Source: Pseudogymnoascus verrucosus
Taxonomy: Eukaryota
Strand: one strand, 5' to 3'
DNA: 64,000 bases
NCBI GenBank assembly: GCA_001662655.1
Contig: KV460280.1
The position numbers and the translations under genes were made by a program. This document shows, piece after piece, positions 38,535 to 51,320 of the stretch. Below the pieces are notes generated by a model that had not been told where the DNA came from, ran no database searches, and worked only from the letters and a program-made list of their open reading frames with translations. Every line of letters starts with the position of its first letter. Position 1 is the stretch's first letter.

Positions 38535-39635
38535 ATGTCACCACCACTCTCCTCGCCCATGCGAATCGGCAATTCGGAGCTGAAGCACCGTGTTGTCATG
38601 GCACCCTTGACCCGATACCGTGCCGATGAGAACCACGTCCCTCTGGAAATGGTCGTGGAGTACTACGCACAACGGGCTTCAGTTCCTGGAACTTTAATCA
38701 TCACCGAAGCCACATTCATAGCACCAGAAGCGGGCGGCTTCTCCTGTGCGCCAGGTATATATAACGATGCTCAAGTGCAGGCGTGGCAGAAGGTCACACA
38801 AGCCGTCCATGCACAGGGCAGCTTTATCTATTGTCAGCTTTGGGCTCTTGGTCGCGCAGCAAAGGCTGATATTCTCAACGCCGAAGGATACAAGGTTGTG
38901 TCTAGCAGCAACATCGCGATGGCCAAGGACGCAGCAGTTCCCGAGCCACTAGACGAGGACAGCATCCAGGCTTTTATTGGCTACTACGCCAGCGCTGCCA
39001 GACGGGCCATCGAAGCTGGCTTCGACGGCGTTGAAATCCACGGCGCTAATGGGTACCTGGTCGACCAATTCTTGCAGGACAAGTGTAACAACCGCACTGA
39101 TGGGTGGGGCGGCAGCATCGAAAAGCGCGCGCGCTTCGGCATCGAAGTAGCTGCTGCGGTGTCCGCAGCCATAGGATCGCAACGAGTGGGCTACAGAGTA
39201 AGCCCCTATAGCCCCTTTCAGGGCATGAAGATGGACGACCCAGTGCCGCAATTCTCGTATCTGGCTACGGCGCTAAAGAAACTCGACATTGCTTACCTGC
39301 ATGTTGTGGAATCGCGCATCTCAGGCGCGGGCGACATCGAGGGTACCGAACAGGTGGACTGGCTGATTGACCTCTGGGGAAGCGGCAATGCCATCATCCT
39401 CGCGGGTGGCTTCACCTCGGAGTCAGCAAATGAGGCCATTAGCAAACACATTGACAAGAAGATCGCGATTGCCTTTGGTCGCAATTTCCTCGCCAACCCT
39501 GATCTGCCGTTTCGGATTGCGGAGAAGCTGAAGCTGAATAGCTACAACCGGGCCACGTTCTACGTAGAGCAGTCCCCTATAGGATATACCGACTACCCTT
39601 TTAGTCCGGAGTTCAAGAGTGCCGGTGCGGCATAG
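38535..39635 (+). CDS. Old yellow enzyme (NADH:flavin oxidoreductase / ene-reductase), intronless
   Basis: MAPLTRYRA, YYAQRA, QLWALGR, EIHGANGYL, FGRNFLANPDL, GYTDYP. Confidence 0.95.
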   Translation: MSPPLSSPMRIGNSELKHRVVMAPLTRYRADENHVPLEMVVEYYAQRASVPGTLIITEATFIAPEAGGFSCAPGIYNDAQVQAWQKVTQAVHAQGSFIYCQLWALGRAAKADILNAEGYKVVSSSNIAMAKDAAVPEPLDEDSIQAFIGYYASAARRAIEAGFDGVEIHGANGYLVDQFLQDKCNNRTDGWGGSIEKRARFGIEVAAAVSAAIGSQRVGYRVSPYSPFQGMKMDDPVPQFSYLATALKKLDIAYLHVVESRISGAGDIEGTEQVDWLIDLWGSGNAIILAGGFTSESANEAISKHIDKKIAIAFGRNFLANPDLPFRIAEKLKLNSYNRATFYVEQSPIGYTDYPFSPEFKSAGAA

Positions 39636-40498
39636 AATGAATAGTTTTGGGAAAGCCACATATTAAGTTTCTGTGAAGGTATGAGAACTTGTAGACACCC
39701 TTAGAAAACGAAATACCTCTGCCTTCTTGTTATAGGGATCTTATATACGAGTGGTCCAATGCCAGATTGTTTATAAATTCATTATCAAACACACGTGTTC
39801 GTACACTCGAAGGCCATCTTACTCGGCCCATAAAACCGATAGTGGATGAGCCCTTCTTGGCTCCACGTGGTATATAAAGTATCATCTGGTCTATCCTGTC
39901 TCGCTTGGTCGCCTAGAAATATGTAGTAAACTTAGGACTCCCTCCACCCTCTTTTTTTGCTCGAACTAACGTCAAAATTCGGCATCGTTCAGGTTTTATG
40001 ATATGCGTCGAGATGACAGTACTCCCACAAGAATATTTTTTGGCTTCGTGCTCATCCTGAATCTGGTAATATAGTAACGCGCTGTCCTCGAGGTCGTCTG
40101 CTCCGCAAGTCGTTGGCCTATGTTAGATCCCTATTGTAAAGCTACTCATCCGTGGCCTCGAATCAACGTATTTTTCACCTATCACACGTCTCGACTAAAT
40201 ATGTCCTATCCGCTCGCGAAATAGCGACATCAGGAGCGCAAACAAATGCAATAGACCAATGTAGTTAGACTCTAGTCCAATTTCGAATCCATTAGCCTAA
40301 CCCTCTTATTTCCTTTTACTCTAATATTAGTCTACATCAAAAAAGTATTTCTTTCCCAGCTTCCACTCCTGATTTCACAAGATCGTGCCAATCGAGAATA
40401 TAGCAGCATGTTGCATTAGGTGGAGGCATATATGACCTAATATATAGTATATTATTTTTTTCGGACCCATGTCGCATATGACGTCCGCGTTTCTTAGA

Positions 40499-41341
40499 TT
40501 ACAGTTTGCTTGCCACCCATTTAGGCTTTCTCTTCTCTACAAATGCTCTCACACCCTCCTTCATGTTCTCTCCCTGGTTCATTCTTGAAAACCATTCTTT
40601 TTCGAGTATGCGGGTGCCCTCTTCGGCGCTCACACCTTCCCATCCCATCTTGATCCCTTCGCGAGTCACAATGACGCTGTCGGGGCTATTGTCTGCAATC
40701 ATGTTGGCCAAGCGAATTGCTTCAGCAACCACCTCACTGCTAGCTCCTTCTCCTCCACTGCCTACAACCCTATTCACAAGACCCCATTCAGCCGCCTCTT
40801 GGGCGCTCACTGTCCGCCCTGTAAGTGCCATCTCCATGGCGCGTGGACGGCCGATAATCCTCGTTAACCTTGGCAGGGCTCCGGCCGTAGCAACGACGCC
40901 ACGCTTCACCTCGGGCAGACCAAAAACCGCCTTTTCGCTTGCAATGGTCATATCACAGTTTATGATCATCTCGCAACCGCCCCCAAAGCAAAGGCCATTT
41001 ACAGCAGCTATCACAGGCTTCTTCCCTCTCCGCTGTGAAAGCCCACAGAATCCCTCGGGGGGGGTTTTTTTGACCTGCCCCTTTGCATTGAGTTCATTCC
41101 ACTCCTTAAGGTCACCACCAGCACAGAATGCACGCCCAGCGCCCGTGATAACTGCGCAACGGAGGGATGGCTCAGAATCCAGCCAACTAAAAAGAGCCGT
41201 CAACTCCTGATCTCCTCTCGTGCCAATGCAATTAAGGACCTGTGGGCGGTTTATAACGACGAGAAGGATATAAGGATTCGGGAACGACACTAGAGCATCG
41301 GCAACCCTTGGAGGAGGAGTTGCAAAATGTGGCTGCAACAT
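40499..41341 (-). CDS. Enoyl-CoA hydratase/isomerase (crotonase) family, PTS1 (-SKL), intronless
   Basis: AFCAGGDL, AAVNGLCFGGGCE, FGLPEVKRG (both catalytic Glu). Ends ASKL*. Start is uncertain (41341, 41383 or 41677). Confidence 0.92.
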   Translation of the reverse strand: MLQPHFATPPPRVADALVSFPNPYILLVVINRPQVLNCIGTRGDQELTALFSWLDSEPSLRCAVITGAGRAFCAGGDLKEWNELNAKGQVKKTPPEGFCGLSQRRGKKPVIAAVNGLCFGGGCEMIINCDMTIASEKAVFGLPEVKRGVVATAGALPRLTRIIGRPRAMEMALTGRTVSAQEAAEWGLVNRVVGSGGEGASSEVVAEAIRLANMIADNSPDSVIVTREGIKMGWEGVSAEEGTRILEKEWFSRMNQGENMKEGVRAFVEKRKPKWVASKL

Positions 41342-42067
41342 TATACTGTTCCTTGTTGAAGGTAATGAATGCCCCTCACTCATAAGGGTGGTTAGGGTGC
41401 TGGTGCTGAGACAAGAATTGTTATGGCGTGCACGGGCTGAACGAGTGCTAGTTTCTCCAAGTAACCAGGGGATATGAGAAGATGAGTCAACTTTTATCTG
41501 CGTGAGCTTCGAAGTATATAGCGAGTATTCGATAATAATTTCTGGAGTGTTTGCAGTGGGGTTCTCGTAGGGCGCTAGTAACCTCGGCCGCTGGCAATAC
41601 TTCACTGATGACAACGCTAAATCAAGGCTTAGTAGGTGCCAATTAGCGCGCGATTGGTTTCGGAATTCAAATTCCATTTAGTATAGCCCCCAACTCTATG
41701 CTCCTACCCCGCTATCCCCCCACTTTAACGTGTTGCATCGCGGAGAAAGTTCCGTGTCATGCGGAATACAAGGGACATTTGTCCAGCTTAACTGAAGATC
41801 ACATTTCGGGATTTAGTCGGCGATGGTAAAATGCAGCCTTAATCCAAAGTAGAAAGTAAAGAAGCCGACGAAAGTGAACTTTATGCCCTTTTCTTCCTGC
41901 AGTCTTTACTAACATGTATTCATAGCCAAGGGAATACATTGAAAAGTTATACCTGGCCCGACTAGATCAAGAGACTTAAGCTGGCACATTCCCACCAGAA
42001 TCAGAAGATAGATCTCCTGTCAACTTACCAGATGTCTGAACTTGCAACTCTAAATTATACGAACAGA

Positions 42068-43436
42068 ATGTCCTTAATCACCACTCCAGCCACTCGGATG
42101 CTTGGCATCACGCAACCCATCCTCCTCGCTGGTATGGGATACACGTCCGGCGCTGAGCTCGCCGCTGCTGTTTCCAATGCGGGGGGGTTGGGTGTCGTTG
42201 GTGGCTTAGGCTATACCCCAGATGCGCTGCGAGAGATTCTTACAGACCTTAAAAGCAAACTTCGGGACCCGTCGCTGCCATTTGGTGTTGACCTACTAAT
42301 CCCACAAGTTGGTGGCAAGGCGCGGAAAACTAACGTTGACTACACCAGAGGACAATTAATGGAGTTAATTGATATCATTGTCGAAGAAGGAGCAAAGCTT
42401 TTTGTGTCGGCCGTGGGCATACCCCCGAAGGCCGTTGTTGATAAGCTACACGCAGCTGGCGTATTGTACATGGTAAGTAATTTTCATCCTGTGTTCGGCG
42501 ATCACACAACTGACATTCTGCGTATGTAGAACATGGTCGGACATCCAAAGGTATAATGTAAATCGAGCAATTCATATCACCTGTTTTCTAATAAATTTAT
42601 TAGCATGTCCACAAAGCATGTGAAGTTGGCGCAGATCTGGTTTGTGCTCAAGGCGGAGAAGCAGGGGGTCATACTGGGGAGATCCCAACCAGGTACGTCC
42701 CTGGCCACGCTCTAGGTTCCTTTTTATGTTCCTTAAACTAACTGTTATAACCAGTGTTCTAATTCCAGCTTGCGCTGATGCTTGCAAGGGGTACGTGTCA
42801 CCGCTCACCGGAGAGCCAGTACAACTCGTCGCCGCTGGAGGTATGTTTGATGGTCGGAGTATTGCTGCGGCCCTTATGTATGGTGCTGGAGCCGTTTGGG
42901 TCGGAACTCGGTTCGTCACCGCAAGAGAATCAAACGCTCCTGAAGGTGGCAAGCAGGCGTGAGTAACATATTCAACCTATCATCGCGTTTATATTGTAGA
43001 CTAACAACTTTTTCCTTCTCTCAGAATTATCGATGCCGGATTTGACTCGTTTGTCAGAACAACATTATGGAGCGGCCGCCCGATTCGAGCAATGGCAACA
43101 CCCTATCTCATCGACTGGGAGACGAATCGCAGGGCTGAAATCAATGAGCTTCAGAGTAAAGGCATCATTGTGTTAGATTACGAGTTAGAGAGGTTAGAGA
43201 AGGAGGGAAAGCTAACTGATGAGATCATTGACCAGACAACACAAAGGTAAAACATCATCATGCTCTTTTTAAGGGCTTAATGCTAACGTATCTGAATTAG
43301 ACCTATGGGATATGGAGCATCGATGGTAAACAAAAAGAACCAGACTGCTGCAGAGATAGTGCTGGAAATGACTGTTGAGGCATACACGATCCTAAAAGGA
43401 GCAGATCGGTATATTAGCTCTGTATCAAAGTTATAG
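42068..43436 (+). CDS. Nitronate monooxygenase / FabK-like FMN oxidoreductase, PTS1 (-SKL), multi-exon
   Basis: PILLAGM, AAAVSNAGGLG, AQGGEAGGHTG, AAGGMFDGR, VWVGTRF. Last exon ends SSVSKL*. Confidence 0.9.
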
Positions 43437-43713
43437 AGCTTCGAAAGGCTAGGATACACCAACGATTGTCAGAATACATCATTATTGGCTTCACTCAACT
43501 ATTATGAATGAACATAAATTGTCGTATTATCTATGCATGCCAGTTCCGAATTTTGCACTCCGACAAGTGTGCTGTTAGACACCAAGCAGTCTGTTACGAG
43601 GCATTTTAGCCAAGGTACCCCACGCTTCAGTGTACAACATGGGGTACAAGTAGTTCCTGTGTTCCTACTTAGTGCCAAGCTTTGAAAGGGGTAGCGGTGC
43701 TTCGAGGCACGGG

Positions 43714-43868
43714 TGGTAGCTTCGCGGCACTCCCCTGTCAGACAGCCGCAAAACCCAATTATCTGAATGAGCGGTTCCTCTCGTACTGAACTCAATTACC
43801 ATTGCGATGACGGTCATCAGTAGGGTAAAACTTATCTGTCTCACGACGGTCTAAACCCACCTCACGTT
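43714..43868 (-). pseudogene. Degenerate 28S (LSU) rRNA fragment including the sarcin-ricin loop
   Basis: Minus strand reads AACGTGAGgTGGGTTTAGACCGTCGTGAGACAG..TTTTACCCTACTGATGA..AGTACGAGAGGAAC..CATTCAGATAATTGG..GCCGCGAAGCTACCA, matching the conserved 3' part of LSU rRNA with substitutions. Confidence 0.92.
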
Positions 43869-44255
43869 ACTATTCCTTAATACCGACCTTAGCTGAGGCA
43901 TTTCCTCGACAGCTTGCGGCCCGGAGGCTCGCGGTCTCTTGATTTGGGGTGTGCATCACCTTTTTCCCAAACGCAGGTTCAATCATGGCTATAGTTACTA
44001 GTCTAGGCATAGTTTTAGCATGCTCATGGTAGATATAAATTATGTATGTAGCATACCGTTTTCCTTTTAATATGTATAAAACTTCCAGGTTAGCAAGTAT
44101 CCAGCAGACTTAATGTGCCAATAACAGAACAACGTAAATAAACGGCGAGTGAACAATGTAAAATCAGGGTCAAGATATATTTTGATTATTTGACTATATT
44201 TGTCTTGCTAAATGTAACTCAGTGGGTTTCTTGCTACCTTACGCGTTCTTCCCCC

Positions 44256-46076
44256 TTAAAGAATATATCTAAAAAGGGGGCTGCGATCTCCCATTTCCTT
44301 TAGTTCCTGCTCGGTATACTTGCTATGAATCTCCTCTAAGGACATAGCGTCGCGCTCTTTGTTGATCTTGTTCAGTTTCCATCGGAGGAAGATGGCAGCA
44401 AAGAAAGCCATGGTAATCACCGCAAGCGAGACCCCATAACCTGTCCAATAATGGGGTGCTTCCTTTGAGAGATAGATGTTGGATCCGACCGCTCCTCCCA
44501 TGCCGCCGATGGATATTTGCAATGCCATGCCGATCGAGCGCTTCCACGATCCGGCGAGGTTGTTTGCTAGGACCTCATGAGTTACGGCACATATATCAAT
44601 CAAGGGAGATTAAGACCCACCGTTCCAAGAGATTACTCCGCAAATTAGGGGATACAGACCGCCTGCCACAACAAATAACATCCCGTATGTTGCGCCTGGC
44701 ATTCCAGGGTGTGGCAATGATAGAAGTCCGATATAGCCTATTGCAGCGACGATGCATGGATAGATGATAAAGTTAGAGCGAGACTCGTAGCGATCGGATA
44801 AGAAAGCCGCTAGTATAGTAACGCTCAGGGCAAAAACATAAACGGGGATGGTCAGTAGTTGGGCATTGGCCGCACTATAGCCTAGTTCCGTAATGACGGA
44901 AGGTAGGGTGTAGATAAATCTATTACTTCTATCAGTATCTGCTCATTAGGAGGCTAGGAGGGAACAAGGAGCTAGAGGCTATAAATATATCATACCCGTA
45001 AGTAGAAATTGCATTTCCCCAGTAGATCAGAACAGAAATGTAGATCTTCCAGTCTGTCAACGCATCTTTCATGTACTTCCACTGAAAAGGCTCATTGGTG
45101 TCAACCTTGCCGGATGCACCACCGTTGTCGCTCTTGAGTCTCTCGATCAGAAACGTTCTCTCATCAGGCGTTAGGAACGTTGCCGTTGCAGGGCCGTTGG
45201 GCAGAAAGAAAAAGCACGCAAATCCGACGAGAACAGTAACGAGCCCTTCAAGCATGAGAATCCTTGCGTATGTCAGCACGTATATCACCACTTTCGCAAA
45301 ATAAGAGCCACTCTTCGCCTTACCATTGCCACCCAGCTAAGTGAGCGATACCATGCATATAGTTGATCCCATAGGCGAGGAGCCCTGAGAACGCCCCAGC
45401 CATAGACCCAGCTGAGAAGAAGACGGACAATCTCCCCTGCAACTCAGCGCGTCGGTACCAGCAAGTTAAAAGGTATGTAGCCGCGGGGAAAAATCCGGCC
45501 TGGAAAAGGAATCATACATTAGCAGAGCAAAATTCTATGTGGAGAAGGAGACCACACGGACCTCAGCGAATCCGAGGAAGAAGCGTGCTGCTAGCAAGCC
45601 TTTGTAGTTGCTGACCAATGACATTAATGTCATGCAAGTGCCCCAGCAGACGACGAGGATCGACACCCAGAGGTTTGCAGGCAAAAGCTTGAGCACCACA
45701 TTGCTAGGAATCTCAAAGGCGCAATATGGGAAGAAAAAAATAGTGAGACAGATGTTCCACTGGGGGCCTGATAATCCCAGGTCTTTCTGCATGCCCAGAG
45801 TGCGAGCGTTTCCCACTGTTTGTATGATTAGGTAAAGTACAAGCGATGGTAATTGGAATAGCATGTCTTACTGTTTCCTCTGTCTAGAAAAGACAGGAGA
45901 TACAAAAGTGTTAGACACGGTAGAAGCCGCATATCAACCTTGCGAAGGATTCGCTTAGATTCCACTTCATCGTAAACAATGGTAGCCTGCTCATTCATCG
46001 AAGAGGCCTTCTCACTATCTGTAGCCCCCTTGCACTCGACCTGGTCGACGTGAGTCGACTCTTCTCCTTTACTCAT
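44256..46076 (-). CDS. MFS anion:cation symporter (Dal5/Tna1-like carboxylate permease), multi-exon
   Basis: LRKVDMRLLP, SFLDRGNIGNA-type motif, EIPSN, RFFLGFAE, GDRSPLFRY C-terminus. Confidence 0.92.
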
Positions 46077-46304
46077 AATCGCAAAGACACGTATTAGAGT
46101 AATGAGTTGTAATTAATAGACGGATCTCAAGGTAGAACTAGTCGGCACAGAACGAAGATAGGATTCTTATGTTTAAAATCTAAATCGAGGGTTCGCGGAA
46201 GTTGCTTTAGTATATACGTTCTCGTACGATATGCTCTAATCTTCGCGATATATTGAATCTATTGGATGATGCATCTTGAATAACTTTTCCATAACTGGTA
46301 CATA

Positions 46305-46385
46305 GTGGGGCCTATAGAGTGTGGGGTAAAATCCGGGGTTGGCACCATGATTGGCGGGACTGTAATCCCGAAGTGATTTGCGGGG
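46305..46385. promoter_or_regulatory. Four SYGGRG (CreA/Mig1-type) boxes upstream of the carboxylate permease
   Basis: GTGGGG 46305, GTGGGG 46321, CCGGGG 46333, GCGGGG 46380. Confidence 0.5.
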
Positions 46386-46924
46386 ATCGATGGCATGGTC
46401 AAAGTGCAAGTAATACTCCTGACAAACTTGATCGGAATGCCGTAAACGCCAGCAAAAGCAAAATATTATGGAGTATCCAACTTACCTGAAGTGACGTCGC
46501 TGTCAATTCCAATATTGACCCGCCTAAACGAAATATAAGGATCCCGGTATTCGATGATTGGGACTCGGCGCAACAGTTCCATATGGGCATGATGCAAGTT
46601 TGTGTCGCTAGACAGCGTAAGATCCGCCAATCTCCGAGCCTTCTTATTGCAATGAATATCAAATCGTTGCAACATGGCATACTTCTCCGACCTTCCGAAA
46701 TTGTTATCGTTCGTTGCTTTGACGCGACAGCCATACACTAGTCAAGGTTGGATTGAATCCTGCGTACGCAGATCATAACTGCTTATTTAATCCGGAGAAA
46801 AGTCTAATACAATAGTATCAAGCGAATCACACATAAAAAATCCAGTTAAACAGAATATGCAAGGTTTTGATGCAATTGAGTTATTGTGACTATATACAGA
46901 GAGATAATCGTTACCGCACTGTAG

Positions 46925-48866
46925 TTACAATTTTGTAATTTTCGCAAAGCTGAATAGATTCCTCCCCTTCACATCAACACACTGCCGGATAAAGCCGCTT
47001 CTTCCAATCTGCTCTTGGGTTGTATTTGACAACTCTTGAAGTGTTGCAGAGTCTGCATGGTTTGCAATGATTCGATGGCCATTGCTTTTCAAGCGACATA
47101 CAACATAGCCCTTGATGGGCTTACCATTCCGATCGTGCTCAGCTGTGTACGTCTAAAAGTTGTTAATGCTCTGCATTTAGGTATCCCTGTATTATGGACA
47201 AGAGGCACCTACTTCAATAGTCACTGGACCTTCAGCCTGTTCGTCGAATGGTGGACATGGCAGTTCAGCTGGAGTTTCAAGAAGAGCATTGTCTTGCGGA
47301 TATGGTAACCCGTCTTGTCTTGGCCTATTCGAGAGGCAAACTGTGTTCTCGTAACTCAATACTCCGCCATTTGCTAAAATGAGACCGTTGCGTCTAATGT
47401 GCGCTGATCTTAGTTGCTGCACCATTTCGGCAACAGCCTGTGTACACATTAGATGCGACCTCGACAATACGACAGAAATAACTTACGTGCATTGAATAGT
47501 TTGCTCCCGCTCCGCCAAATGAGGTCAACCCTCCCAGCAGCGTAATAGGCTTCACCCAATTCGTCTGAGGAATCCCAAGGTGCTCGCAGGCTAGCTTTGG
47601 AACAATTGGGAAACATCTGCTGTTCAGTTAGGTGACCCAAACCTCAAGGAAAACAAGGGAGAAACGGACGAATAAAAATCAAACATATCGATAGCCTCCT
47701 TTGTCAGCCCAGAGTTTTCCAGACCTGAGTCTAGGGCCTGTGATATAGCAGGGCTAGAGTAGTAATTTGGCCTGTTATAGACTGAAGTGATGAGCGTGAT
47801 TAGCAAGACTTCATGCCGACCAAATGGAAACCATACAATCCTCACTATCCCTCGCCCAGGCTCCTCCTAGTGGATAAACCCACTTTGACTTTGGGATGCC
47901 TAGCTTTTCAGCATGCTCGGTTGATGTGACAATACATGCCGCTGCGAGATCGACGAATGGCATCGCATTCATTAGGAGAGGGTCCGGAATTAAGGTCAGC
48001 TTATTATCAGGCTTCGTTAGGGATTCTTTCCTTACAGGGCGAGTAGATAATTCGGTTCCTTTCAGATATTGTGCCAATTGTTTCTTCCGTCTCCGTCTTC
48101 TCGCCATAGCTCCAGGCCCTGGGATGCTTTTCGGCAACTTTAGCAAATTCGCCATACAAGGCTGCTGACTCTTTAATGTTCTCCGTATATGACTGGTGGT
48201 GATGCGCGCGAAACCCAGCCTCAAATAGAGGGTACACCTGAATTGGAGTTCCAATCGTATGGATCCTGCTCGTACCTGTATCGCTCATTAGTCAAGTAAA
48301 GTTTAGAAGTGAGCACCACTTGCCGTCAAGGAGATCAACGGCGTTTGGAGAGTACAAGGTATTTATATCTTGCTTTGGTTTAGTCCATCTAGGCGGAGGA
48401 AACTTTTTAGCCTTTTCAAGCTTTCTCACTATGTATCCAAAATATTAGCAAGGGAAATGGTCTGGGTGGGACAGATCAGATCTTTGGCCGACGTACGTGA
48501 AGCTAGAGTTTCGCCCCCAGTCATCAATGCCACTTTACTCTCGCCTGTGACAATGCGCCGTGCCATGTCATTGAGCAACTTCACCGGCTGGTTGCCCATG
48601 GTGGGGGTGTAATGCTTGTGTTTAGCATCAACACCAAGTCTCTCTGACACTAGGCCAGGCAGATCATGATATGGCCATGTTGAACATGCAACGACGTCAA
48701 TGCTGTCAATATCCGACTGGAGTCTTTGCGAGTTTATAGGCGATAGATTGCAGTCAATTAATGACAGCTTAATTGCCTCGAGCATCAGGTCTACAGGCTC
48801 AACGGAATCTTGTGCGGCCTTATTCCTGACATCCCCAACTCCAATGATTATAGGTGTGAAACCCAT
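46925..48866 (-). CDS. Thiolase-like protein (TLP1-type), PTS1-like end (-TKL), multi-exon
   Basis: TPIIIGVG, MGNQP, GGE, YPLFE, VDLAAACIV, DFYSCFP, GGLTSFGGAGANYSMH, LANGG. Ends ITKL*. Confidence 0.85.
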
Positions 48867-49491
48867 TTCACTTGATAAACGTACTATACGGTTCAAAACG
48901 TCGCAATTCTAGTATATCAAATTATACATTTGTAAATAGTAAAAGTTCGAATATAAGTCGCGGAATTTCAACATCACCGAAAGAATTTGGCGAGGGAATA
49001 TAACACGCTAGATGTAGCGATGGTCGGTCGGGTAATAATGCGGGGGAAGATGATGGGGAATACTATGCCGGCTATCTAAATCGTACATGAAAAATACAAA
49101 TTTATCGCCCTGGTATGTCCTCGATGTGAGAGTTCATGGAAGTTGACTTCCGTGGACCGAATAGGAGGCGACCTGCACGATGTCGGGGATCCTCTACAGG
49201 GTACCCCTCTTCACAAAACCCTAAGTTCTCCAATTAGTCTTAGCTTTTGCATGGATTATGTGGATCATGAACCCCGCAGGATGGACCCACCGCATGAACC
49301 ATGCGGGATAAATCCGTTTGAAAAAGTATAGTAATACTGGTACATGCATTGGGCGAAGTGAAAGCTAGAAGAAGGGAAATGGGGAATGGCCGTTGCCCGT
49401 ATTATAAGGTACTAAGCTGCCGTCGGTCTGTTCAGTAGCCATCTGCGAGTAGATTTTTTCACGGTGCTACCATCATTTATTTGCTCCCAAT

Positions 49492-51320
49492 ATGGCATAT
49501 TTACCCTGGAGAGATATTGAGTTGCCTGAGATAGACTTGGTCAGTCTGGCCTTTGGTAAGTCAATGGGAAAAGACAGCACGATCATACAAGATTTCGAGG
49601 AATATGGACTTACTGAATACCGGCAGATTCACCTTATTCATGGGCCAACGATGCGACCATCCTCCACGTTGATGCTGCGGACGAAACCAACTACATTAAC
49701 AAATCCCAAGCGAGGACTATTATTAAACGCCTGGCATATGTGTTACGCCATCGATTTAACGTTGGGAGCGGTGCATTATATCAAGATGTAGTAACTTGCT
49801 TCGCATCCAACCAGATTCTTCTTCCTACAGTGTTCTTTGGGATAATTGCAGCCGGCGGCGTCTATTCCGCGGCATCTTCGTCCTTGACTCCCTTTGAGTT
49901 GTCGAGGCAGCTCAAGACGAGTAAAAGCAATTTAATCATTGCCAGCAAAGATTCTTTAGAAGTGGCGCTTAAATCTGCGAAAGAATGCGGCATTCCACTA
50001 GATAGTGTCCTGGTTCTCGACAGCGCAAGACACCAGAGGAGTCTGAGAGATACGGTTCAGCCAGAACGAAATTACCTACAAGCTACAAACGAACTAAATT
50101 GGGCTAGGCCCACCGACTTGGATACATTGGAGAAGAAGCCAATATGCCTTATGTTCTCCAGCGGGACGACGGGCCCGCCGAAGGGTGTAATGCTGTCGCA
50201 CAAGAACATTGTGGCCCAGAGCCTCACTTGGCAAGCAACGTTGCGTGATTCCCTAAACACCGCGAAGGTTGCTAAAACTGGCAAAGACCCGAAGAACTTT
50301 AAGTATGGGATCGTTGCTCACCTCCCAGCCGCCCATGTTGCGGGATCGCAGGGTTATTTTATGAACGGGATGATGGCGGGCGGTGCTACGTTCTGGATGA
50401 CCAAGTTCGTTCTTGCCGACTTCCTCCACTACACCAAAAAGTATCGACCTACCCACATGTTGAGTGTGCCGTCGATTTATCTACAGATTATCAACAGTCC
50501 AGATGTCACTGATCATTTCCACTCACTTGTACATGCGCAAGTGGGTGCGGCGCCTATGGGACCGGGGTTACAGAAACTCGGACAGGAGAAGATAGGGTGC
50601 TACCTCAACCAATCTTATGGACTTACGGAGACGAGTGCATCATTGACAATGACGCCATGGTACCATAATGATACTACGGGAGGAGTTGGAGCGCTGCTCC
50701 CCAATAGCAGACTCAGAATTGTGAATGACAATCTTGAAGACGTGGTGGAAGGACAAGAAGGTGAATTTCTCATCAAGGGCCCAATCGTTACTCAAGGGTA
50801 CTACAATAACCCCGAAGCAACTGCGGCGACATTTACCTTAGACGGATGGCTTCGCACAGGCGACATTGGCCTGCGGAGGGATGGATTGTTCTATATCGTT
50901 GATAGAAAAAAGGTGAGACATAGACCAGCACAATAATCCCAAAAGCGTAAAGCTAACATATCTTAGGAACTTATAAAGTACAAGGGGCTGCAAATCGCTC
51001 CTGCTGAGCTAGAGGCATACCTACTCAGTCATGAAAGTATCCTAGACGCAGCAGTCATCGGCGTAGAAGATCCCAAGGTCGAAAGAAACGAGGTACCAAG
51101 AGCTTACATCGTACGGAAAGGGGATAAGAAATCGCGCTTGATTACAGAACAGGAAGTGAAGGACTATGTTAAGAAGAATCTGGCAGCGCATAAGCAGCTA
51201 CGGGGTGGCGTAGTTTTTGTGGATAATATTCCAAAGAGTTCATCGGGCAAGATTTTGAGGAGGGAGTTGAGGGACCATGCGAAGAATGAAAAGCCACAGG
51301 TGAGGCTGTCGAAGTTATAG
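49492..51320 (+). CDS. Second 4CL-like acyl-CoA ligase, PTS1 (-SKL)
   Basis: FSSGTTGPPKG, QSYGLTET, LRTGD, DRKK|ELIKYKG, PKSSSGKILRR. Ends LSKL*. Confidence 0.93.

Noticed and set aside
41342..41677. In-frame upstream extension of the hydratase ORF as a dual-targeting signal
   Set aside because: It does not resemble a mitochondrial presequence and can be explained by chance absence of stops.
43869..43990. GGTTCAATC as a tRNA T-loop or SINE B-box beside the rRNA fragment
   Set aside because: No cloverleaf, A-box or tail.
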